A stretch of DNA of 62,898 nucleotides, counting the filler, from Octopus bimaculoides (taxonomy: Eukaryota), in NCBI RefSeq assembly GCF_001194135.2. It is 5 parts of 4 records of this genome, joined end to end, with 100 filler letters (N's around TTAATTAATTAA, not from the genome) between each part and the next. Parts side by side here need not be neighbours in the genome. Positions count along the whole stretch, not along the records: positions 1 to 19,591 come from NC_068985.1; 4 more parts are not named here. One strand, 5' to 3'. This document shows positions 1 through 10,973 of the stretch, in pieces (position 1 is the stretch's first letter; the number at the start of each line of letters is the position of its first letter). A model generated the notes under the pieces. It had not been told where the DNA came from, did not search any database, and was given only the letters and a program-made list of their open reading frames with translations. Position numbers and translations under genes: made by a program.

Positions 1-36
1 ATAAGAATACAAGAGTTATTGAATGGAGTAGATAAG

Positions 37-131
37 ATCCTGATTACATATGTTTCATAGCGGGCGAAACCTCAGAAATGGTGAAAATCCAAGCAAGGTG
101 TATACCGCCGGCTACTCTTCAGGCGGAAGAT
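37..131 (-). ncRNA. Degenerate type-I hammerhead ribozyme motif with long stem II (PLE-type terminal repeat)
   Basis: Minus strand reads CTGAAGA (116-122), then GTAGCCGGCGG pairing with TCGCCCGCTAT (10 of 11 pairs), GAAA, palindromic ACATATGT, GTA triplet, ATCAGGAT. Stem I is broken in this copy. Confidence 0.55.
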
Positions 132-247
132 ATCTTGACACATTCTGATTGAATCTGCCATGCGTCGATAAGTATATCCTTGCGACAATGTAACTTTTAA
201 TTTAATCAAGATATCCTTGACCCGAAGAGTAGCCGGCGGTATACACC
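97..247. repeat. Inverted repeat: 24-bp perfect arms, extendable to about 42 bp
   Basis: GGTGTATACCGCCGGCTACTCTTC (97-120) is the exact reverse complement of 224-247. GATATCTTGA and TCAAGATATC extend the match inward. Confidence 0.95.
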
Positions 248-357
248 GTGTGAGCTTCCACCCGGATCTTATCGACTCCATTCCTAAACCCATGTATATA
301 TATATATGTGTGTGTGTGTGTGTNNNNNNNNNNGTATGTGTAATATAATATAATATG

Positions 358-401
<44 letters not shown>

Positions 402-979
402 GATTATAACGGCCGTATTTTTCAAGTGACTTTCTCCAAACTGTGAATATACATTACTTACGTTCCAAAGATGGTTTTAGACTCTTAAAATGTTTTACAT
501 AATGCGTAAAGAGAGCCATGGGGGCAGAAAATACCCGTTCGTGGGTTACGTGGAGAAGGGATGCGAATCTTCGCAAAGTAACTTTCAGAAATTGATTGTC
601 TCCCTTACATCCATTTGTCCAAAAATTATCACAATCTTAACTAATATATAAAATAAAGATGCGTGTGTATTTACTTTTCACGCGTATCTATATCTCTCTA
701 TATCTCTCTATCTATATCTCTCTATCTCTATATCTTATCTATCTGTATCTTTCTATCTATATCTATCTTATTTGGCTAATTAGCCAATTCTCTCTCTCCG
801 TTTTTCTCTATATATCTCACACTATTTATTTTCACTTTGATTTTTCAGACGTTATTGTTTTCACTTTAAATTCAATTGCTATTGTTTTCACTGTAAGTTT
901 TCAATCGCTATTTAAAAACAACAGCTACAAATTACAGACAGAAAGAAGTTCACAGTTAGTGATGAAAGCAATTTCATAT

Positions 980-1230
980 ATAATTTACTGACAGAAGTAA
1001 CTACATAAATTTCACTTCAATCCGTATACTTCGTTAAATTTGCCTACAGATTTCTTATTTTCTTTTGCAACGTTTTGTGGGGTCTTTTTGTTGTTGACGG
1101 AATTACTGATAAAAGTAAGTTCATAATTTACTAACAGAAGTAACTTCCAAAATTTCACTTAAATCCGTGCACTAAGTTAATTTCCCTAAATATTTCTTAT
1201 TTCCTTTTGCAACGGTTTCGTGTTTTCCCA
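980..1230 (+). repeat. ~143-bp imperfect tandem duplication inside the Helitron 5' region
   Basis: ATAATTTACTGACAGAAGTAAC...TTTGCAACG at 980 recurs as ATAATTTACTAACAGAAGTAAC...TTTGCAACG at 1123. Confidence 0.85.
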
Positions 1231-1437
1231 TTGCTAACGGCTTTTTTCTAGTTCCTTCAATACTGGGCCTTTGGTTCAGTAAGCGACAAATTTCGCGTCA
1301 ACTCGTACAGTTCTTTATTTTCGTAAAAAAAATTTTATTCACTTTCTGCCAGTATATTGAGAAATATAGTTTCCGTTACCCAGTAATTTTCATTGCTTAC
1401 TATCGTCTGCACCCGTGTATTTCTGTATATGTATATA

Positions 1438-2045
1438 ACCATGCCTAGAAGGAAAGTATCAAATTTGTCTACAACGTCAAGGTCAGCCAAAAGAATGTCT
1501 CTGTCCAGGGAAAGAGAGACAGCTGCAGAAGGGGAAGCATACCAAGGAACGAACAGATTGTGTCATAAAAAAGCCAGAGCATCTCAAAGTGATGAACAGA
1601 GATATGCACGGCTGACAAAGACTAAGATCAGTGCTGAACGAAGAGCAGTTGCAACAGCTCAGAAGCAACTTCTATGAAGCAGCTTTCAATTATAGTCCAG
1701 CAGTTCATTATTAAGATGACACAAGTGATTAGTGCAATGACAACTGAGTGCATACATTGTAAAGCAAGGAAGTGGCCTAGAGAGACAGATGCACTGTGCT
1801 GCAGTGGTGGAAATGTTAAACTCTCTGAAATTCTCCAACTTCTAGAGCCATTGAAGAAACTGTTGTCATCAACTGACCAAAATTAAAAGCATTTCCAAAA
1901 CAAAATTAACAATACAACGCTGCACTACAGGTGCCATCATTTGGAGCCACAAAAGATTTAATTGAGTAAACTTTCAAGATCCAAGGTCAAATATATCATT
2001 GAATTGGCTCTCTACTCCCTCTGTCAAATGAATCGCCGAAATCGG
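1438..2045 (+). pseudogene. Helitron RepHel N-terminal region remnant
   Basis: Across frameshifts and stops: ...ISAMTTECIHCKARKWPRETDALCCSGGNVKL...EPLKKLLS...KHFQNKI..YN...SFGA...FKIQGQIYH*IGSLLPLSNESPK. This matches the CxHC/CC zinc motif and the 'QGQIYHRIGSLLP' motif typical of Helitrons. Confidence 0.9.
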
Positions 2046-2142
2046 TCTTTTATTGTTTATAATCTATATTTGTTTTTTTGGCTACGAAATAAGCTACACG
2101 AAACGTGTTTTTTTAATTTTGTGTATTTACTTTATATAGTAA

Positions 2143-2690
2143 ATCCAGCTATCTATTTAAAACTGCATATGGCAATGGTACGTCCACATTTAGAATATGC
2201 TTCACCAATCTGGACCCCCTATCTTCCTCAGCACATCTTCCACATTTAGAAGTTGCTTCACCTATCTTCCATATTTAGAATTTACTTCACCAGTCTGGAA
2301 CCCCTATCATCTGGGAAACTGTTCAGAAACGCGCAACAAAACGCATACCCGCCGTCAGGCATGTACCATATTCTCAACGTTTTGCTTCCCTGGGTATGGA
2401 CATATTGCTGCTCAGACATCTGGCAGTTGACTTGCTAGATACCCACAAGATTATCCACCATTTTTCCAACAAAAAACCTTGGGCACCTTTTTGAATTCCA
2501 TATGTCAAACACTCGTGGACATGATCACAAAATCAAAAAACAACCCAGCACCCATGGCTTTCGAAGGCATTTTTTCACGCTCAGAATTGTTGAAGCATGA
2601 AATAAACTGCCCACATCAGTCGTTAGCTGTCGAGACGCTACATCCTTCAAAACTTCCATGCTCTCTGAAATCCGCCAACAGTAAACTTGA
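2143..2690 (+). mobile_element. CR1/L2-type LINE 3' end (RT C-terminus), degenerate
   Basis: LHMAMVRPHLEYASPIWTPY ... NTRGHDHKIKKQ..FRRHFFTLRIVEA*NKLPTSVVSCRDATSFK are hallmark CR1-group C-terminal motifs. Confidence 0.9.
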
Positions 2691-2771
2691 AGCCTTTTTT
2701 TTCTTAGTTTTAGTGCACCTGAGTACTATATACAATATTTTTTCCTATTTCATATGTATAAATATACGTAA

Positions 2772-2819
<48 letters not shown>

Positions 2820-3614
2820 ATGCGTGTGCGTGCGTGTGTGTATGTGTATGTTTGCTTTGTAGTCTATATTTTCTGTTGCTTAATATCTTTTTTATCTTCC
2901 ATTTAAAATGGAGATAAATGTTAATTTTTCGTCGCTTCCGTCATGTCTTTGTTTAATTTTATAATCTTCTTGTATTTTTGTTCTTGTAATGTGAATGAGA
3001 TTCGTGCCATTAATATTTCTGGTGAACCCTTACATGTTTGTAAACAGTAAATATTAATTAGGCTGCATACAACTGCGTATAAGCATCTGTACAAATTCAA
3101 TGGCGACCTCTTGTGTACCTGTCGGCCCCAGAATAATTATTTCATTTAATATAAAGCAAGTTAAATTATTTGGCAGTCGATATATACTAAGTACTTTCCG
3201 TTGTTGTTCTGTGCAGCTGCCAAACTTGCTCGAATAACGAACTAAACTACAGGTAGTAACCAATGTATAGATAAGGATATACTTTCAAATTAGTAATCTA
3301 CAGTAATAATTTTCAGCTAAATGTTTAATGAATTTATCTAGTTTATGAGCCTTGTAATAGTTACAAGCCTTGTAATAGTTACTCGAAATAGTTACTAATG
3401 GTACCCTTTCACCAAATACACAAACGCGCGCGCGTGCGCGCAGACACGCATGCACATATATACACGCGCACACACATACACACATGCATGCACACTTACA
3501 CACACATACGCACACACTCACATATAATCATGAACTCCACTCGCAAGGGATTATGATTTGATAGCATGTGCAAATGCTTCGCCATTTGTTTTTGGTATCT
3601 ATACTGTAACTGTG

Positions 3615-3830
3615 AAGAAGTATGGCCAAGCGGTTAACGAGTTGCATTCACGTTCACAAGATCGTGGTTTCGGATTCCCGGATCGTTAGAACTTTTAGTT
3701 CTTTAGAAAGATAATTCGTTTCAGGTTGCTCCATTCCACTCAGCAGGAAATGGGAAACCATCCGACGGACTAACTTTCATTTCAAGGGTAATATTGACAT
3801 GTCCGCCTAGCCAGCGAAGTAGCATAGTTA
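3615..3830 (+). mobile_element. tRNA-derived SINE, family C (diverged copy)
   Basis: A-box-like TGGCCAAGCGGTT, B-box-like GTTTCGGATTCC, and core GTTGCTCCATTCCACTCAGC shared with 25052 and 55066. Confidence 0.6.
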
Positions 3831-4230
3831 GAAAGCTACAACGACAAGTGGAAACACATGGTGACCATTAGTGTATAATACTTTTGAGTATTATACACTA
3901 ACGAGCAGACATGTCTCACTCTCCCGAGCATCCCATTCTTGAGTCGGCCGAATATTGAGTATATGACAATTACAGGGTCGGGTGGAGGACTGTTCAAGCA
4001 GAGAACTGGTGTATATTTTTTTTTACACCGCAGCGACATGAAATAAAGGACCAACGCATTATACTGTCCAATAATCAAGTCGATGACCTTTATGCTTATG
4101 AATCCAACATTGTAAAAACAAGGAACACACCCGTTCACTTTATGTTTCTGCATGTTAATTTGTATGCGTGCACACATATACATGCGTTACATTTATACAC
4201 AGATATTCATGCACACACACACACACACAC

Positions 4231-4289
<59 letters not shown>

Positions 4290-4479
4290 GTATATATAGG
4301 TTATGAGCGACAGTGGTGTCAATTAGATCCAGAGGTTTCAGGTAATGCTGAGTAAGTGCTATGGACAGACCACGTTTAAGTTCCGGTTCGGTGGTTATGC
4401 GAATAAGGGGGTCCAACGTACGTCAGCGTGTGAGTGTAGGATATACTTTTCATAATGAGATAAAAAAAAAAACAAGACT

Positions 4480-4910
4480 GTGTATAATATAGAACATTTA
4501 TAAATAGAAGGTCTTACAGCTATTTCCAGGATATTTATCACACCCCTTTGTCGGAGACGGTGTGAGAGAATGATTAAGCAATAGTTAGTTTAGTTAACAT
4601 AGGAAATAGAGAGTGAATGTAGGGATATTGTATTTGTAAATCCATTGTTTAGGCAGGATGGTATACATATAAGATTCCAATAACTTGTGAGTAAGATCCA
4701 ATTGTTTTAAGATTGGTCGTTGGCCTTGTAAATCCATTATTAAGATTCCAATACCCTATGAGTAAAGTCCAACAGTCTTTGAAATTGGTCATTCCCAATA
4801 CAGTTTTATATACAGTGTTATTGAATCAAGGGTTCTGTTCAAAGTGACCTAAAAGCAGGGAATATCTTAATAGGGTCAATTTGAAAAGTTGAAGCGAGGA
4901 ATAAACAAGA
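4480..4910 (-). mobile_element. PLE-type terminal repeat remnant carrying a hammerhead motif
   Basis: Minus-strand ...GTCTCCGACAAAGGGG...CCTGGAAATAGCTGTAAGACC, plus an internal ~55-bp duplication (AAGATTCCAATA...GAGTAA). Lies 3' of a PLE endonuclease remnant on the same strand. Confidence 0.55.
4511..4558 (-). ncRNA. Degenerate minimal type-I hammerhead motif
   Basis: Stem I GTCT/AGAC, core CCGACAA (vs CTGATGA), stem II AGGG.TGT/ATATCCT, then GAAA-T-AGCT-G-TA with palindromic stem III as in PLE HHRs. Several core substitutions. Confidence 0.5.
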
Positions 4911-4945
4911 GGAAAAAAGAAAGGTGGGGAGAAGTNNNNNNNNNN

Positions 4946-4998
<53 letters not shown>

Positions 4999-5389
4999 GC
5001 ATACATTCATACTCCCGCATATACGTTTATACGTCCATATGTACATATATACATACACATATATATCCTCCTATCAAGCACCTACAACCGCATATATATA
5101 CAAGCATATGTATATCCGTATAAAAGAATGGACGTGTGCATGAAAGTCGTTCGTATGCACCGGACACAGTCCTACACTTGTACATATACACGCGTACACA
5201 TATATACACACGCACACATACACACGCACACATACACACTTCATATATACTTACATGTACATATACTCACACACGTACACATTCATACAATTAAAAACGA
5301 AACAATGAAAATATATATATATAAAACAATAAACAAATAGTAAATGTTAAGCCATATGGAAAGCTTGTGCGGGAACACAGTAAAAATGC

Positions 5390-5655
5390 GGATTCTATCC
5401 GTGATCTTGTGGTCCCAATACCATAACAGGTATTTTGTTATATGAGGACATGAGCCAAAAGTTCCGTTCTTGAATTTAGACATGTAGCGGGGCCCAAGGA
5501 ACTTTTCCAAGTGAGCAATCTGTCCATGTCATAAAGACTGCACTTGCCACTACCGTTGGTGTAAGGTTTGCACTTAGCCAAGATCTTCTCGTAAATTCTA
5601 TAGCTAACACCTTGTTCTTTTAAGAACCATATATGACTGGATAATTTGCTCAGTG
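5390..5655 (-). pseudogene. Penelope-like element GIY-YIG endonuclease C-terminal remnant
   Basis: Minus strand TLSKLSSHIWFLKEQGVSYRIYEKILAKCKPYTNGSGKCSL..., then after a frameshift LNSRTELL..SCPHITKYLL. Matches the Penelope/Poseidon C-terminus. Confidence 0.8.
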
Positions 5656-5690
5656 TCTGTTAAGGTTGCGTGCACATATACATATGTATG

Positions 5691-5728
<38 letters not shown>

Positions 5729-6134
5729 TATACATGTGTGCATGTGTGTGTGGAAATGTGTGTATGTATGAGTACGTACATGCACATATATGTCTGTGTG
5801 TATATACATGTACATATACATGTTTGTGTGAGTGTGTATATATGTTGACATACATACATACATATATATATATATGTATGTATGTATATGAAGACTTGTA
5901 TATGAAAAGCCAATTTTTGAATATGTTGTCAACTCAATGGACAATATTCCTCTGTTTTCTATACGATATCTTTATATATATGCATACATGTATGTGTGTG
6001 TCACAAGAGACTGTCTGAGCCGTGTACGTGAATATAGGTATACGCAAATACCACACTTTAAGTTTGTTAATTCGGGAACTTTTGTGTCTATGTATATATG
6101 TGTGTGTGTATGAAAATGCGCTCTATGAGATAGC

Positions 6135-6191
<57 letters not shown>

Positions 6192-7447
6192 ATGTGCTAC
6201 ATAGCTAAGTTTAAATTCCAATTTCACTTCTACTATTGAAGTCAATACACTCTATCCTTTCTTCTATTTCAGTATAGTATCAACAAATAAAATTGATGGA
6301 TCTATTGTAAACTTTAACACTATTTCATGGGAACAAACAGCTGACCTAGGAAAATTTTATCTATTTTACTTACAATATTATTGGTCGCGGCACAAACCGT
6401 GATAGATTTCACAGTAAACAGTATCGAGACCATGATGAAATATCTTGTATATTTTAGATAATAATGGACTCCGTGTAAACATATATATATATATAAATAT
6501 GTATACACGTAATTCACCGACACGTGCGCACACAGACACATTTACTTAGCTACACCCTCGCACTCGCAAATGTGTACCCCCTCCCATATACCAACACATA
6601 TAAGTGTGATTGTGTCTATCTATCTATCTATCTATCTATCGATCTATCTGTATGTATGTCAATCTATTTATCTTTCTATCTACCTATCTAGCTCTGTATA
6701 TATGTGTATATATATATATATATANNNNNNNNNNNNNNNNNNNNNNNNNNNNNNNNNNNNNNNNNNNNNNNNNNNNNNNNNNNNNNNNNNNNNNNNNNNN
6801 NNNNNNNNNNNNNNNNNNNNNNNNNNNNNNNNNNNNNNNNNNNNNNNNNNNNNNNNNNNNNNNNNNNNNNNNNNNNNNNNNNNNNNNNNNNNNNNNNNNN
6901 NNNNNNNNNNNNNNNNNNNNNNNNNNNNNNNNNNNNNNNNNNNNNNNNNNNNNNNNNNNNNNNNNNNNNNNNNNNNNNNNNNNNNNNNNNNNNNNNNNNN
7001 NNNNNNNNNNNNNNNNNNNNNNNNNNNNNNNNNNNNNNNNNNNNNNNNNNNNNNNNNNNNNNNNNNNNNNNNNNNNNNNNNNNNNNNNNNNNNNNNNNNN
7101 NNNNNNNNNNNNNNNNNNNNNNNNNNNNNNNNNNNNNNNNNNNNNNNNNNNNNNNNNNNNNNNNNNNNNNNNNNNNNNNNNNNNNNNNNNNNNNNNNNNN
7201 NNNNNNNNNNNNNNNNNNNNNNNNNNNNNNNNNNNNNNNNNNNNNNNNNNNNNNNNNNNNNNNNNNNNNNNNNNNNNNNNNNNNNNNNNNNNNNNNNNNN
7301 NNNNNNNNNNNNNNNNNNNNNNNNNNNNNNNNNNNNNNNNNNNNNNNNNNNNNNNNNNNNNNNNNNNNNNNNNNNNNNNNNNNNNNNNNNNNNNNNNNNN
7401 NNNNNNNNNNNNNNNNNNNNNNNNNNNNNNNNNNNNNNNNNNNNNNN

Positions 7448-7484
<37 letters not shown>

Positions 7485-7507
7485 TATCTCATAGAGCACA
7501 TTTTCAT

Positions 7508-7548
<41 letters not shown>

Positions 7549-7687
7549 GTAACGTTTATTTGCCAACATAAAGTGGCAGTCCTGCGTAGGATTATGTTAT
7601 TACTTTTTAACCTCAGGAAATATACTGTAACCCCGAGATATACTGTGATCAAGGGAGTTTACTACTCTCTTCGAGCCGTTAGCAATA

Positions 7688-7733
7688 CCAGTACACCAAC
7701 AGTTTTGGCATAATTTCCCGTCATCGGGACTGA
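7688..7733 (-). ncRNA. Type-I hammerhead motif, degenerate (unit 1)
   Basis: Minus strand TCAGTC-CCGATGA-CGGGAAATTATGCCA-AAAC-TGTTGGTG-TACTGG. Homologous to unit 2 but with U4C, loss of G12 and a GUG triplet. Confidence 0.55.
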
Positions 7734-8045
7734 AGAACTGCTGGCTAGTGATAGCACCTACTCGACCTTACTCACAGGATGTAAACATAGAAGCGACAGA
7801 CAGTCGCTAATCTCGTGGGCTGAAAAACAACTAGTTTTAAATCTATGAATGAGATGTATGTAGTAACTTTACTGTATAATAAAGTTTATTTGCCAACATA
7901 AAATCGCAGCCTACGTACCCCTATGTTACTACTTTTTAATCCCAGGAAAACATCGCCTTTTCCAGGTAATTATCGTCACATGATCTGTGTCCGATATATA
8001 CTGTGAGCGAAGGAGCTTATTACTCCCTTCTAAACGTTAACATTA

Positions 8046-8091
8046 CCAGTAAACTAATGGTTTCTGGATAATTTCCCGTCGTCAGTACTGG
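8046..8091 (-). ncRNA. Type-I hammerhead ribozyme motif, core intact (unit 2)
   Basis: Minus strand CCAGTA-CTGACGA-CGGG-AAATTA-TCCA-GAAA-C-CATTA-G-TT-TACTGG: perfect 6-bp stem I, canonical CUGANGA/GAAA core, GUU triplet, weak stems II and III. Confidence 0.75.
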
Positions 8092-8798
8092 ACAACTGCT
8101 GGCTAGAGATAGCAGCAAATCGAACTTTATATATATATATATNNNNNNNNNNNNNNNNNNNNNNNNNNNNNNNNNNNNNNNNNNNNNNNNNNNNNNNNNN
8201 NNNNNNNNNNNNNNNNNNNNNNNNNNNNNNNNNNNNNNNNNNNNNNNNNNNNNNNNNNNNNNNNNNNNNNNNNNNNNNNNNNNNNNNNNNNNNNNNNNNN
8301 NNNNNNNNNNNNNNNNNNNNNNNNNNNNNNNNNNNNNNNNNNNNNNNNNNNNNNNNNNNNNNNNNNNNNNNNNNNNNNNNNNNNNNNNNNNNNNNNNNNN
8401 NNNNNNNNNNNNNNNNNNNNNNNNNNNNNNNNNNNNNNNNNNNNNNNNNNNNNNNNNNNNNNNNNNNNNNNNNNNNNNNNNNNNNNNNNNNNNNNNNNNN
8501 NNNNNNNNNNNNNNNNNNNNNNNNNNNNNNNNNNNNNNNNNNNNNNNNNNNNNNNNNNNNNNNNNNNNNNNNNNNNNNNNNNNNNNNNNNNNNNNNNNNN
8601 NNNNNNNNNNNNNNNNNNNNNNNNNNNNNNNNNNNNNNNNNNNNNNNNNNNNNNNNNNNNNNNNNNNNNNNNNNNNNNNNNNNNNNNNNNNNNNNNNNNN
8701 NNNNNNNNNNNNNNNNNNNNNNNNNNNNNNNNNNNNNNNNNNNNNNNNNNNNNNNNNNNNNNNNNNNNNNNNNNNNNNNNNNNNNNNNNNNNNNNNNN

Positions 8799-8807
8799 GA
8801 TAGATAG

Positions 8808-8879
<72 letters not shown>

Positions 8880-8908
8880 ATATAGATAGATAGATAGGTA
8901 GATAGATC

Positions 8909-8975
<67 letters not shown>
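8799..8975. repeat. (ATAG)n microsatellite
   Basis: Directly visible tetranucleotide array next to a gap. Confidence 0.95.
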
Positions 8976-8976
<1 letters not shown>

Positions 8977-8990
8977 TGTATATATTTATA

Positions 8991-9310
8991 GGCACAGGCA
9001 TGGTTGTGTGGTAAAAAGCTTGCTTGTGAACCACATGGTCCTGGGTTCAATGCTACTGTGTGTCATTTTGGCCAAGCGATTCTACTATAATGTCTGGTTG
9101 ACCAAAGCCTTATGTATATATTTATGTCTGTGTCTGTGTTTGTTCCCCTGTCATCGCCTGAGAACCGATGCGGGTTTGTTTATGTCCTTGTGACTTAGCT
9201 TTTTGGCAAAAGGGACTGATAGTACTAGGTTTACAAAGAATACGTCCTGGGAAGATTTCTTCTCCAGAATGTCCGCAAACAAATAACTGAAACAAGGAAA
9301 GGAATAAATG
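8991..9310 (+). mobile_element. tRNA-derived SINE, family B
   Basis: Head GGCATGGTTGTGTGGTAAAAAGCTTGC...GGGTTCAATGC, internal microsatellite, tail ...AATAACTGAAACAAGGAAAG. Many homologues in the window. Confidence 0.85.
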
Positions 9311-9334
9311 AATGAAAGAATATATAAGTATATA

Positions 9335-9680
9335 TACAAGGTGACTAAGGTATTTGAGGACATTTTTTGGGTTATTGCTGTATTTTTTGCTGATTCTGTA
9401 TAATCTTTGTTTCAGAAAAGTATAATGGCAGACCCTGAGCTTACTCAAGAAATGAAGAGGCATGATGTTATTGTGGTTATAAAGGCTGAGCATATCGATT
9501 TAGAAATATTTCGATTTTTTAAATTTGCCAGATTTTTCGTCTACAAAGTTTGTAAGGAGCGAGGGACTGAAAATGGAACGTATCACCAGCACAAAAAGCG
9601 TTCGAAACGCTTTGAAATCATCAGAACACCTGAATTTATCCAGCAAATTCAACAGACCATTGTGTCTTTTCTTCCATGAA
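9335..9680 (+). mobile_element. Tc1/mariner (maT-like) 5' end with HTH-coding remnant
   Basis: TA|CAAGGTG TIR-like start; MADPELTQEMKRHDVIVVIKAEHIDLEIFRFFKFARFFVYKV...KKRSKRFEIIRTPEFIQQIQQTI. Confidence 0.75.
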
Positions 9681-10359
9681 ATATTCGTCTTAATGGTGTA
9701 TGAATCTACATCAATTTTGAAACTTACTCAAACACACGCATTCATACACACACACATTCATACACACACACATTCATACACACACACATACATATATACA
9801 TACTGGAAGATTTATAATAATTAAAAATAGAAGAGACATACATACATACATACATACATACATACATACATACATACATGAGACAACGTTGAAAACGTAC
9901 CAATGTATTTTAGATGAAACAAAGGAAATATAACATCGTATTACTCATTCATCATTTTGTCATTCGTAGAGTAAGAGGAAATCTTCAATTTGACATATTT
10001 TGTGTACGGTATTAACTTCATTACCTGTCAGCAAACTTCCTTGTTATATGTATGGAAGGATCGGCGTTGTTGGCGGTGTCGGGTAAAGACGAAATGCATT
10101 TTATGAGTTTGTCCATTTCTATAAAGGATATAAGGGTACAGACCACATTTCTTCCTACCGTCGATGTGATTCGACTTTCTTTCTACGCATACTATAAAAT
10201 GACATTTCATTTTGAAAACAGATTGAAACGTCACCCATTTGGATTTTGCTCACTACAAATTCGTGAATCAAAATCTTATTCGAATGCATCCATCGCGAAG
10301 CAACTCTTTTCGTATATATTCTATTAAGACTAGCATACATTTTCGCATTTATATATATA

Positions 10360-10640
10360 CAGTCTAAAATTTTACAAAAGCTAAAGAACAAAACACTGAG
10401 ACAATAAGGGAACAAAAAAAACATGGTGTAGTATATGTTTGACGCTTTGGTAAAATTGGAGTGTTTTCGACGTTCCGAGTCTGTGCTCTTCTACAGAAAG
10501 GAATGTGGAGAGAAAAGAGATGGAGAGAGGAAAAAGTTGTCTGGATCAACAGTTGCACGTGATGAATTGACCGGAAGGAAAAGAGTGATTGGCGACAAGA
10601 CTGGCCAGGAAGACCACAGTAACTTGGCTAAAGTATGCAT
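10360..10640 (-). mobile_element. PLE-type terminal repeat remnant with degenerate HHR (10464-10500)
   Basis: Minus strand TTT-CTGTAGA-A-GAGC-ACAG-ACTC-GGAA-CG-TC-GAAA, followed by ...AAGCGTCAAACATATACT. Same architecture as 34071 and 53861. Confidence 0.55.
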
Positions 10641-10759
10641 GCGCAAACATGCATATGTAGGTATTTGATCTTAAACAGAATTTTACACGCACGCGCATAT
10701 ACTCATATAGTCCGTTTTATCTATCTATATATATATATATATACATGTATGTATGTATA

Positions 10760-10965
10760 TGTTTGTGTGTCTGTTTTGTCCCCCAACTATCGCTTGACAG
10801 CCGATGTTGGTGTGTTTATGTCCCCGTAACTTAACGGTTCGGCAAAATAGACCGATAGAATACGAACTAGGCTTCCAAAGAATAAGTCCTGGAGTCGATT
10901 TGTTTGACTAAAAAGGCTGTGCTCCAGCATGGCGGCAGTCAAATGACAGAAACAAATAAAAAAAA
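10760..10965 (+). mobile_element. SINE family B, 3' half
   Basis: TTGTCCCCCAAC.TCGCTTGACA.CCGATG...CCAGCATGGCGGCAGTCAAATGACAGAAACAAATAAAA. Confidence 0.85.
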
Positions 10966-10973
10966 GTATATAT

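Larger units (their letters stand above)
635..2060 (+). mobile_element. Helitron 5' portion (degenerate, 3'-truncated)
   Basis: Candidate A|TC 5' terminus (TCTTAACTAATATATAAAAT) followed by microsatellite and ~143-bp repeats, then a degenerate Rep N-terminal coding region. Confidence 0.75.
7549..8128 (-). mobile_element. Tandem 330-360-bp repeat, one hammerhead per unit (retrozyme-like array)
   Basis: GTTTATTTGCCAACATAAA at 7554 and 7884; ATAATTTCCCGTC...ACTGCTGGCTAG in both units. Flanked by assembly gaps. Confidence 0.75.

Noticed and set aside
4289-4345. Possible micro-exon (GYERQWCQLDPEVS, ending AG|GTAATG)
   Set aside because: No polypyrimidine tract at the acceptor and no recognisable homology; expected by chance.
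4152-6204. HTHT/YIYI/CVCV low-complexity ORFs here and throughout the window
   Set aside because: They are translations of (CA)n, (TA)n and (TG)n microsatellites.
6570-9050. Long ORFs of 270-420 aa in the track (also at 27097-28322, 44599-45237, 49353-51805)
   Set aside because: They are open only because they run through N gaps and stop-free microsatellites.
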